The notes beneath the pieces are model-generated. The model made no database searches. It had not been told where the DNA came from and worked only from the letters and a program-made list of their open reading frames with translations. From the NCBI GenBank assembly GCA_964421085.1, contig CAYQVO010000002.1, forward strand, positions 91,134 through 155,133: a stretch of 64,000 nt of DNA, written 5' to 3'. Shown here piece by piece: positions 56,052-64,000 of this stretch. The translations under genes and the position numbers were made by a program. Position 1 is the first letter of the stretch; each line of letters opens with the position of its first letter. The DNA comes from an uncultured Bdellovibrionales bacterium. Lineage in GTDB: Bacteria; Bdellovibrionota_C; UBA2361; CAYQVO01.

Positions 56052-57186
56052 TAGAAGAGTCTTTGCGAATTTCGACTGGCCTCTTCTCGGGCTTACCATG
56101 CTCGTGCCAGTGTCCGGGCTTATTGTTCTTTACAGCGCCGGATACAATCCCGAGGCGCCGATTGAACTTGACTGGCTTCCGATAGTTTTTTACAGCCAGG
56201 CCTTCGTGAAGCAGTTTATCTTCATTGGAATCGGACTTCTGGTTCTTATCGGCGCGCTCCTGATACCGCCGCAGTTTCTGCAGAAATATGCGTACATATT
56301 CTACATACTCTGCCTCATTCTTCTTGTGCTTGTGGCGAAGTTCGGCGTAGTGGTGAACGGCGCCAGGCGATGGCTTGATCTCGGTCCCGTCCATCTGCAG
56401 GCCTCTGAAGTTATGAAGCTCGGCGTTATTTTTGCGCTTGCGCGTTATCTTTCGCGTCGCCCGCCGCCTAAAAAAGGGTACGGACTTGGCGGCCTGTTCG
56501 GCCCGGGATTTCTCGTGCTGCTGCCTATGGCCCTCATTATGCTTCAGCCCGATCTCGGAAGCGCGCTTGTCGTGGGATCAGTCGGCGCCTGCATGATCCT
56601 TTTCATGGGGGTGAGGATCCGCGTGCTGACCATTCTTATTCTGCTGGGGGTGTTTGCGGTAATTCCATCGTACACGTTTCTTCTTCACGACTACCAGAAG
56701 CGGAGAATCGAGGTGCTGTTCAATCCTGAGGCTGATCCCAAAGGAAGCGGGTACCATATCACGCAGTCGAAAATTGCGGTCGGCTCAGGTGCGCTTGTCG
56801 GCAAGGGCTTTCTTTCGGGGACCCAGACGCAGCTGCAGTTTCTTCCGGAACACACGACCGACTTTATTTTTTCCGTGCTTGCGGAAGAGTGGGGATTTCT
56901 GGGGTGCATGAGCATACTTTTTCTGTATCTTCTTCTGCTTGCGCGTCTTCTTCAGATCGTGCAGCGGACGCGAGATCTGTTTTCATGTCTTCTCGTGTTT
57001 GGTGTCACCGCGCGGCTTTTCTGCAATATGACCATTAATGTGGGAATGGTCGTGGGTCTTCTTCCGGTCGTGGGAATTCCGCTGCCGCTGTTCAGTTATG
57101 GAGGCTCGTCCATTGTTTCGTTCATGTTTTCGATAGGACTGATTCTTGGCGTGGCGATGAGAAGGTTCGCGCATATGAGGGGGTAA
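56041..57186 (+). CDS. rodA: Peptidoglycan glycosyltransferase RodA (SEDS family)
   Basis: From the ATG at 56041 (overlapping the mrdA stop): MAIDRRVFANFDWPLLGLTMLVPVSGLIVLYSA... The protein is polytopic with a C-terminal FSYGGSS motif. Confidence 0.9.
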   Translation: MAIDRRVFANFDWPLLGLTMLVPVSGLIVLYSAGYNPEAPIELDWLPIVFYSQAFVKQFIFIGIGLLVLIGALLIPPQFLQKYAYIFYILCLILLVLVAKFGVVVNGARRWLDLGPVHLQASEVMKLGVIFALARYLSRRPPPKKGYGLGGLFGPGFLVLLPMALIMLQPDLGSALVVGSVGACMILFMGVRIRVLTILILLGVFAVIPSYTFLLHDYQKRRIEVLFNPEADPKGSGYHITQSKIAVGSGALVGKGFLSGTQTQLQFLPEHTTDFIFSVLAEEWGFLGCMSILFLYLLLLARLLQIVQRTRDLFSCLLVFGVTARLFCNMTINVGMVVGLLPVVGIPLPLFSYGGSSIVSFMFSIGLILGVAMRRFAHMRG

Positions 57187-57191
57187 CTGAT

Positions 57192-57608
57192 ATGCCCAAC
57201 TGCGAATCCCCTGCAGCGCTTGAGGCAATTGTCCGCCTTGACTCATTCAACAGGGCAGCTTCAGCCCTTTACGTAACGCAGTCAGCGGCTCATAAGACAT
57301 TTCCATGAAGTCTCTCTGCTCGAGCAGGATCTGGAACTCGGCCTGCCTGCCGGCGCAATTTTTGCCGCATTACCTCCAGCACGAAGCACTGAGCGGGGGG
57401 CAGAAGCCCATGCCTGGGCACTCCGACCGGTATTGGCAATCTGTTTCACCATGGCGGATCCCGCTGCTCTCATTGCAGAGTTCATAATTTCTGCAGCTCC
57501 ACCCAGTGCCACAAGTTTCCGTCCCCTCGGCCTGAATGCACCCGGTATGGTTGGATCGCTGTATCCCTCGGGCAAGGTCTCTGCTGTGAGCTTGGTGTTG
57601 AAAGTATA
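57192..57608 (+). pseudogene. Truncated, frameshifted LysR-family regulator fragment (HTH only)
   Basis: MPNCESPAALEAIVRLDSFNRAASALYVTQSAAHKTFP* (57192..57308) matches the LysR N-terminal HTH (F..V...GSF..AA..L.VSQ.A.S..I). After a frameshift the next frame reads HEVSLLEQDLELGL (LysR LE..LG..LF). There is no room for a substrate-binding domain before the next gene. Confidence 0.4.
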
Positions 57609-57632
57609 AAGGTTCGCTCTCGCTTCAATAAG

Positions 57633-58052
57633 TCAAGGCTTAGCCTTGAACATCTCCTGAACTTTGCTGAGAGCCTCGGGAGTGCCTTCCGCTCTCAGTT
57701 CATTGATTTTTATGAGATCATCTTTATTCCTCAGTACAGCTTCGTACGCTTCCTGCGCCGTCCCCTGGATATATTTTTCTTTGTCTGTGCCGGAGCGGTT
57801 TCTGATTTCCTGAAGGGTCCTGAAGATTTTGAAATCGCGCTCCATCCGGGCGATTTGTCCTGCCTCAGGCGCGGCGGATGCTGTGTCCAGAGAAGCCAGC
57901 TGAGCACCCTTGAAACCCATTTCCTCTGCAATACCTGCGAGTCGTTCTTCCATAAAAAAAACCTCCTTCCCAAACCTCTTAATGATGGATACCCAGGGAA
58001 CAGGCATAGTGTGACAAAAACATGGGCATTTATTTACGCCAGGCATGTGCAC
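57633..58052 (-). CDS. Hypothetical protein
   Basis: 139-aa ORF. A helical, charged protein is likely from the internal Met (MEERLAGIAEEMGFKG..., about 57986). Confidence 0.35.
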   Translation of the reverse strand: MHMPGVNKCPCFCHTMPVPWVSIIKRFGKEVFFMEERLAGIAEEMGFKGAQLASLDTASAAPEAGQIARMERDFKIFRTLQEIRNRSGTDKEKYIQGTAQEAYEAVLRNKDDLIKINELRAEGTPEALSKVQEMFKAKP

Positions 58053-58122
58053 GGAAACGGCAGGTGATGATATTGTATTGTGGTTCCACCCGCTGTTATC
58101 ATAGCCTGCGGAGGAAGTAAAA

Positions 58123-58734
58123 ATGCAGACTCTGCCTTCTATGCAGTTAAATACACCCGAACTGCCCCATCACGACTTCGACGGTCAGCAGGATGGCGAG
58201 CGGGTTCTGTGGACCATAAGGCTCCATCCGGTAAAGAGAGTTGTCAACTTCGCCTCGAGCCTGATTATAGCGCTCGTGTTCTTTGCCGGCATGATTTTCG
58301 TGCCGGAATTTGCACCGGTCGATCGGCAGTATTTCCTTGTTCTTTCCGCGATTATCTCGCTCATGATCGTCCTGATCGGCGCGTGGTGGGGCGAGCTTCA
58401 TATGAAGCATACAAAAGCATTCATCACGGACCGGAGAATCATACGGTTTGTGTTCACTCTTCCTCATTTCAAGAGCAAGAGATCTCTGTTCTGGACGGAA
58501 GTGGCGAAAGTGAAAAGCACTTCGCCCGGGTATTTCTTCGCTTTGGCAAAGATTGGAGCGCTCAGCATTCAGCCTCTCATGATGCCCGACGAGGAGATTT
58601 ATATCCCCTATGTTTACTACTTTGCGGATCTGGCGAATTATATAGACAAGATTCTCTATCTCCAGAAAAACAAGCCTGAAGATATAGCCTTGATGCGCGA
58701 ATTTGTTCCGAAGCCGAAGGGACAGAGGTACTAG
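58123..58734 (+). CDS. Membrane protein, hypothetical (bacterial PH-domain-like)
   Basis: 203 aa with two TM helices following a soluble N-terminal segment. The topology resembles YdbT/bPH-type proteins. Tentative. Confidence 0.4.
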   Translation: MQTLPSMQLNTPELPHHDFDGQQDGERVLWTIRLHPVKRVVNFASSLIIALVFFAGMIFVPEFAPVDRQYFLVLSAIISLMIVLIGAWWGELHMKHTKAFITDRRIIRFVFTLPHFKSKRSLFWTEVAKVKSTSPGYFFALAKIGALSIQPLMMPDEEIYIPYVYYFADLANYIDKILYLQKNKPEDIALMREFVPKPKGQRY

Positions 58735-58826
58735 GTTCTTCGGGTTTGTCGGCCGCGGCCCGGAAAAAGATTTGAGCATTTTCCGGAAAATATGTAATAT
58801 TCCGCCCTATACTTTCCGGAATCCCC

Positions 58827-60335
58827 ATGGCTCGAATAATTGACGATATCTCCCGTACATTCAACGAATTCCTCCTCCTCCCCGGGCTGACTAAAAAAGC
58901 GCATACGCCTTCTGCCGTCAGTCTGAGGACACCGCTCCAGCGCTTCAATAAAGACAATGGCCCCGGCGTCACGCTGAAAATCCCTCTTGTATCGGCCGCA
59001 ATGCAGGCAGTGTCGGGGGATCAGCTTGCTGTGGCGCTGGCAAGGAAGGGAGGATGCGCGTTCATATACTGCTCTCAGCCCATTGAGCGTCAGGCTGAGA
59101 TGGTCCGGCAGGTCAAAGAGCACAAGGCGGGTTTCGTAGAGTCGGATTCGAATCTTTCGCCAAAAGCAACGCTTCGCGATGCGCTTGCTCTCCGGCAGAA
59201 GACAGGGCATTCCACCATTGCAATTACAGCGGATGGCGGACTCCATTCGAAGCTTCTCGGGATTCTCACAAGCAAAGACTTCTGGGAGTTCAAGGACGAT
59301 CTCGACAGTCCGGTATCTGATTTTTACACCCCGCTTGAAAGGCTCGTCCTCGCCGAAGAAGGGGTGACCCTGCAGGAAGCAACCGAAAAACTTTGGAAGT
59401 ACAAGAAAGAGTGCCTGCCGGTTGTCGATAAGAAAGGTAATCTTAAAGCGCTGGTTTTCAGGCGTGATTACTTTGATCACAAGTCGAATCCCGATGAACT
59501 CACCGACAGAGAAAAGAGGCTTTTTGTCGGAGCTGCTCTCAACACGGTCGACTACGCCGTGCGCGCAAAGGCCCTGATTGAAGCGGGCGTGGACTGCCTC
59601 TGCTTTGATTCATCGGACGGATACACGGAGTGGCAGGCTGACGCTGCGAAACACATAAGGAAGACCTGCGGAAACGATATTATTCTTGGCGGGGGTAACG
59701 TCGTAACTGCCGAAGCCTTCCGCTATCTTGTGGAGGAGGCGGAACTTGATTTCGTCAAAGTCGGCATTGGCGGCGGTTCGATCTGCATAACCCGCGAGCA
59801 GAAAGGAATAGGCCGGGGCCAGGCATCGGCCCTCATTGATGTGGTCGAGGAACGGGACCGGTACTTTAAGGAGACCGGAACCTATATCCCGGTGTGCTCG
59901 GATGGCGCAATCAACAACGATACGCATATCATCATCGCCCTGGCTCTCGGCGCTGATTTCCTTATGATGGGGAAATATTTCGCGATGGCTGAAGAAAGCC
60001 CGACAAAGAAGTTCGTTTACAAAGACAGGCTCTACAAACCGTACTGGGGTGAAGGAGCAAACCGCGCGCGGAACTGGCAGAGGTACAAACAGTCGGAGCG
60101 TCAGGATCTGATCTTCGAAGAGGGTGTCGATGCTTTCGTGCCATACGCAGGCCCTCTTGCACACAAGCTCGACATATCGCTTGCGAAGGTCAAGGCAACG
60201 ATGTGCAATCTTGGCGTCCTGAACGTTCGTGAGCTTCATGAAAATGCCGTGCTGACCAGAGTTTCCGAACTTACGATTTCTGAGGGCGGTACATCCACAG
60301 TCGAGCAGCTGGACCGGATAGGTGAGCAGTCATAG
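58827..60335 (+). CDS. IMP dehydrogenase-family protein with tandem CBS domains
   Basis: N-terminal barrel segment (IPLVSAAMQAVSGDQLAVALARKGGCAFIY), inserted CBS pair, catalytic loop GIGGGSICITREQKGIGRGQASALIDV (the Cys loop), and CSDGAIN. 502 aa. Confidence 0.85.
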   Translation: MARIIDDISRTFNEFLLLPGLTKKAHTPSAVSLRTPLQRFNKDNGPGVTLKIPLVSAAMQAVSGDQLAVALARKGGCAFIYCSQPIERQAEMVRQVKEHKAGFVESDSNLSPKATLRDALALRQKTGHSTIAITADGGLHSKLLGILTSKDFWEFKDDLDSPVSDFYTPLERLVLAEEGVTLQEATEKLWKYKKECLPVVDKKGNLKALVFRRDYFDHKSNPDELTDREKRLFVGAALNTVDYAVRAKALIEAGVDCLCFDSSDGYTEWQADAAKHIRKTCGNDIILGGGNVVTAEAFRYLVEEAELDFVKVGIGGGSICITREQKGIGRGQASALIDVVEERDRYFKETGTYIPVCSDGAINNDTHIIIALALGADFLMMGKYFAMAEESPTKKFVYKDRLYKPYWGEGANRARNWQRYKQSERQDLIFEEGVDAFVPYAGPLAHKLDISLAKVKATMCNLGVLNVRELHENAVLTRVSELTISEGGTSTVEQLDRIGEQS

Positions 60336-60950
60336 CATTTACAGAGCAGCGGGCGGGATTATCCTGGCTTCAGGCTCGCCCAGGCGGAAAGAACTCCTGT
60401 CGGATCTCGGTATCGATCTGAAAATAGAAGTTCCAGGCCACTCCGAGGAAGTTCTGGCGGGGGAAGCAGCAGCTGCGTATGCCGCAAGGGTTGCGAAAGA
60501 AAAAGCGGAGATCGTCGCGGCAAAATATCCTGACGCCTGGGTCATCGGCGCCGACACCACTGTCGTGCTTGGCGGTATCATTTATGGAAAGCCCGAGAGC
60601 CCTGCCGATGCAAAACGGATGCTTTTGGAACTGCAGGGAACTGTCCATCCGGTCGTAGTGGATTTGCAGTAATCAATAAAAGCCGGTCAATTGAGCATAT
60701 CGAGGTGCACTCTACTGATGTTGAAATGCGCCGTGTGTCGGAAAAAGAAGCGGAAGCCTATGCTGCATGCGGAGAGCCTGTGGACAAGGCAGGGGGTTAC
60801 GCGATTCAGGAAAAGGGCGGCGCGTTTGTTTCAAGGATAAGCGGCTCCTTCAGCAATGTGATTGGACTTGAACTTTCTGCGCTGGTGAAGGTTCTGCTTG
60901 ACCTGGGGGCCATTACTCCGGCGCCTTCGGGCAACCGGCCGGAGAAATAG
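60322..60950 (+). pseudogene. maf: Maf-like nucleoside-triphosphate pyrophosphatase, interrupted by a frameshift/stop at about 60660
   Basis: The N-terminal half (60322..60672) reads ILASGSPRRKELL...WVIGADTTVVLGGIIYGKPES..., then stops at a TAA after ...HPVVVDLQ. The C-terminal half continues in the +2 frame (...GFAVINKSRSIEHIEVHSTDVEMRRVSEKEAEAYAACGEPVDKAGGYAIQEKGGAFVSRISGSFSNVIGL). Confidence 0.65.
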
Positions 60951-61044
60951 CAGTAAATCGATCGAGACATCGTCCGTAAAACTTCCATGCCGGATCGTAT
61001 AAGGGGCAGCGAAATGTAATCTTTGAGCCCCGGTTATTGTTTAT

Positions 61045-61470
61045 TTGGAGGTTGTTATGGCTTTTCCTTTGCCAAATCCCGCGACGAAAATATCCGGAGC
61101 TCCTGGCGACTCGGCCGGCATTACCAACGTTGCCGGGGCCCGACTCCCCGGATTCTCTCAGAAAGTTCTGAACGCAATGCAGCGCCTGGACAAGAGACTT
61201 GATACGCTGCGGCAACAGGCGGCCGCAGGGCGCATAGAACCAGAATTGAAAGAAGAAGTGCTGATGGATCTCGCTGCCGTTAAGCCCGCGCTGCAGAGGT
61301 CTCCAAGTGTCGACGCCCGCATAGACGCTTCATACAGAAGCCTCGATGCTCTCGCGTCGCCTCTCAGGGATCTGCCAAAGAACGGCCGCTACAAACCCGC
61401 TCAGATTGATCTGAAGACGATAACGCAGACAGCCGATGCTGATCTGGAACTTGTGCGGGGCTTCGTTTAA
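61045..61470 (+). CDS. Hypothetical protein
   Basis: 141-aa ORF, helical, with no recognisable motif. Confidence 0.35.
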   Translation: MEVVMAFPLPNPATKISGAPGDSAGITNVAGARLPGFSQKVLNAMQRLDKRLDTLRQQAAAGRIEPELKEEVLMDLAAVKPALQRSPSVDARIDASYRSLDALASPLRDLPKNGRYKPAQIDLKTITQTADADLELVRGFV

Positions 61471-61584
61471 GCCTCACCAGGGCAGTCCTGTCTGAACGGC
61501 CTGCGATCTCGATATGGTTTGAATTCGACAGCAAGACAGTAATTCCCCTTTGATTTATTTCATCCGCCGATATAGTGTCGGCGG

Positions 61585-62661
61585 ATGAAAAATATCCTCA
61601 TTCAGCTCTCAGCCATTTTTGCTGTTTTGACCACTGCGTATGCAGAGCCGCCCCGCCCGGTCATAGGTATTGTGGGTCCGCTATCAGGACAGCTTGCCTT
61701 TATGGGGGAAGGGATTCGGAAGGGGATGATGAGCAGTAAAGAACTCACTTCTTCATATTCTTTAATCTTTGAGGACAGCAAGGGGAGCGGTACCGATGCG
61801 GTGAGTGCCTTCAGGAAACTCGTTGATGTACAGCATCCTGCGCTGGTCCTGGTTGCAGGCGCCGGCGCTGAGCAGATATCACACATTGTGACATCTGTAG
61901 GTCCTCCTGTGGTTTTTACAATTGCATCCGCTTCTGGACTTGCGGATGCCGGTAAAGGCGCTTTCCGGTATTTCACTAACGCTGATGTGGATGCTCCTGT
62001 TCTTGCCGTCCATGCATTCAAAACGCGCGGGTTCAGGAAAATGGCGATAGTGAACCTTCAGGATCGTTTCTGCATTGATTACGCGCGCGTCTTTGCCGGA
62101 CAGTTTGAAAAGGAAGGTGGAAAGATTGTCGCTCAGGAAACATTTAACCATGGGGACAATGACATCCGTGCGCAGCTTCTGCGTATCAAGAATGCTTCGC
62201 CGGATGCCTTGTATCTTGTGGGTCTCGACTTTCAGATTATCGGGCTTGCTGCCCAGGTAAGACAGCTTGGCCTGAAGCAGCCCCTGCTTGCCATTGGCAC
62301 AATCGCAACGCGCGAGGCAATAGATAAAGCAGGCGGACTCTTTGAAGGAGTTGAAGTCACTGCATTCTGCACAGATGGCCCCGATCCTGAATTCGTAAAA
62401 ACCTTCAAGGCGGCAAATAACGGCGCTGCTCCTGATTTTTTTGCTGAGCTTGGGGCAGACCTTGCAGAAATCGTTTTGAAAGCAAAAGGGAAGGATGCGA
62501 AATCATTTGCTGACGGACTTAGATCCCCCGGTTCAATGGATTTAAATGCAGGAAAAGTAACGGCTGACCCGTCAGGAGAAATGATAATCCCGGCTTGTGT
62601 GAAGAAGATTACAGGAGGGAGAATGTTTAATCTTTCGACCGGAAAATACTCTGATTATTGA
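61585..62661 (+). CDS. Periplasmic solute-binding protein, PBP type I (LivK-like); no transporter partner
   Basis: Signal peptide MKNILIQLSAIFAVLTTAYA, then IGIVGPLSGQLAFMGEGIRKGM...; third member of this family in the window, again with no adjacent transporter genes. Confidence 0.8.
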   Translation: MKNILIQLSAIFAVLTTAYAEPPRPVIGIVGPLSGQLAFMGEGIRKGMMSSKELTSSYSLIFEDSKGSGTDAVSAFRKLVDVQHPALVLVAGAGAEQISHIVTSVGPPVVFTIASASGLADAGKGAFRYFTNADVDAPVLAVHAFKTRGFRKMAIVNLQDRFCIDYARVFAGQFEKEGGKIVAQETFNHGDNDIRAQLLRIKNASPDALYLVGLDFQIIGLAAQVRQLGLKQPLLAIGTIATREAIDKAGGLFEGVEVTAFCTDGPDPEFVKTFKAANNGAAPDFFAELGADLAEIVLKAKGKDAKSFADGLRSPGSMDLNAGKVTADPSGEMIIPACVKKITGGRMFNLSTGKYSDY

Positions 62662-63171
62662 TCCGGACTCCACCTCCATTTGATCTGCATTATGTTCGGC
62701 CTTTTAACCGGATGGACTGGTAATCCCGGCTTTCGCATTGTTGATGTGACGATAATGCCGGTCATCAGCATTCTGACAGTCGTGGGAATGAGGAGGCCTG
62801 GTCCTGCATCAGGGGTCGTCGCTTCCCGCATGTTCATTTCTTTTATCTCTCAGGGGGCCCGGACTTTTCTCTGCAGCGGGATTACCCTGCACTGCCATTC
62901 TGGGCGGCTGGCCCGGCAATCTGCTCCTTCAATCCGTCAGCCAAAGGGGATCTGTGACCTCAACTGTGTAAATGGCGAGCGGGCAAGGAACCCGCCCGAG
63001 ATTCTCCGGTGCTCGGCCGGGGGGTTAAAAAGGGGGGTAAGCCTATGGAGCGTTCTCTGGTACGTTCAACTTATGAAACGGAAAAGGGACGCAAAGATGG
63101 ACAACACTGACGAGATAATCAACACGACTGAAACAAATGCAGCAGAGCTTCTTTTGAACTTACACTGACAT

Positions 63172-63915
63172 CTACTTACCAGGCGTCTTCTCTGCCGGTT
63201 GATCTGCTCCTCCCGGCAGATGAGGCGCAGAAGCTGCTGCCATAACCCCCACGGCAAACTGCTCAGGAGATAAATCATCCGCCTGCCCGAGTTCATCAAG
63301 AATAGCGCCGAATGCAAGAGTTGCTCTGTATCCAGCATGTACCTCGGGCGAATCTCCCTTCTTAATCGAATCAAAAGCCTTGATGACGTCTCCTTCTTCT
63401 ATGAACCCCCTCCCTGCAGCTACCGCAATCCGGGCTGCCTCTGCGGAAAGCTCATGTGAGAATTCGCGGACAATCCGAGCCAGATCGTCTTTCTCATACA
63501 TCTCTCCTGCTGTTACAAAATGATCATTGGGCCATCTGCCGTAGTAATCCACTGCGTCTGCAGCTGCTTCAGAAAATCCCTTGATACTTTCCACAGCAGC
63601 TGCTCCCGAATTCATTCCCTTGAGGGTCGGCATGCCATTACGGCTCGAGGTCACACCAATGAGAATCTGTTCTGGCCTGATTCTGTTGAGCTGCTGCTTC
63701 TGATCCATAGTCGCTATGGCAAAGCCATCAGTAAAGTATTCTCCCAGAATTGCCAGGTATTCGTCAGCTACTCCTGCCCTTGAAAGGTGCTCTTCGATAA
63801 TTTTTCGGAAGTCATCCCGTGGGAAAAATGGCTCGCCTGCCTGCACTGATTTTATTGCCTCGACCCTCAAGCGCACAAACTCGGGGTCATCTGCAGCACT
63901 CTGATAGAAGGGCAT
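63172..63915 (-). CDS. Hypothetical protein
   Basis: 247-aa soluble ORF with RBS-like caggaaaag upstream. No recognisable motif. Confidence 0.4.
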   Translation of the reverse strand: MPFYQSAADDPEFVRLRVEAIKSVQAGEPFFPRDDFRKIIEEHLSRAGVADEYLAILGEYFTDGFAIATMDQKQQLNRIRPEQILIGVTSSRNGMPTLKGMNSGAAAVESIKGFSEAAADAVDYYGRWPNDHFVTAGEMYEKDDLARIVREFSHELSAEAARIAVAAGRGFIEEGDVIKAFDSIKKGDSPEVHAGYRATLAFGAILDELGQADDLSPEQFAVGVMAAASAPHLPGGADQPAEKTPGK

Positions 63916-64000
63916 GAGCTTTTCCTGCGTCTGTTTAATGAAAGCTTTAATAGTCGGGAAATCACACCCTGTAGGGCTCTCAAAAGGAAGATGCGACAGA

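Noticed and set aside
57282-57575. 97-aa minus-strand ORF opposite the LysR fragment
   Set aside because: Ala/Arg-rich, no motif, and antisense to a region with recognisable (though decayed) LysR coding signal.

Overview
This 64-kb window is GC-rich (about 58%) and almost certainly comes from the chromosome of a diderm (Gram-negative-type) bacterium. Housekeeping genes dominate. They include purF, a HlyD/ABC/FtsX efflux set, mreB-mreC-mreD-mrdA-rodA, rplS, bactofilin, rnhB-yraN, galU, an IMPDH-family gene, maf, an M48 protease, and a heptose-pathway HldE-II/GmhB fusion. Accessory and decaying material is interspersed: a frameshifted IS200-type tnpA remnant, a truncated LysR fragment, a frameshifted maf, three LivK-type solute-binding proteins with no transporter partner, a tandem Lrp/AsnC regulator, a secreted 898-aa beta-propeller protein, and two short intergenic sequence families each present twice. 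The 5' end (1..3865, minus strand) is one open frame that runs off the window. I translated it by hand as a giant polytopic membrane protein with a PMT/GT39-like N-terminus and a DUF2298 'YYY' motif. The most unusual region is a ~14-kb island at about 24.3-38.4 kb. It holds a small Flp-pilin-like protein with a Cys-rich tail, a SAM methyltransferase, a radical-SAM/SPASM enzyme, a class-III aminotransferase, a TPR protein, a divergent pair of paralogous unknown proteins, a GDPD-nucleotidyltransferase-HAD phosphatase operon, a GT61/DUF563 glycosyltransferase and a 1029-aa radical-SAM/SPASM/NodB-deacetylase fusion. I interpret it as an undescribed glycan (or glycopeptide) modification system. I could not recognise any tRNA, rRNA or CRISPR array by eye. 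All calls rest on reading the ORF translations and the nucleotide sequence directly; no database search was run.
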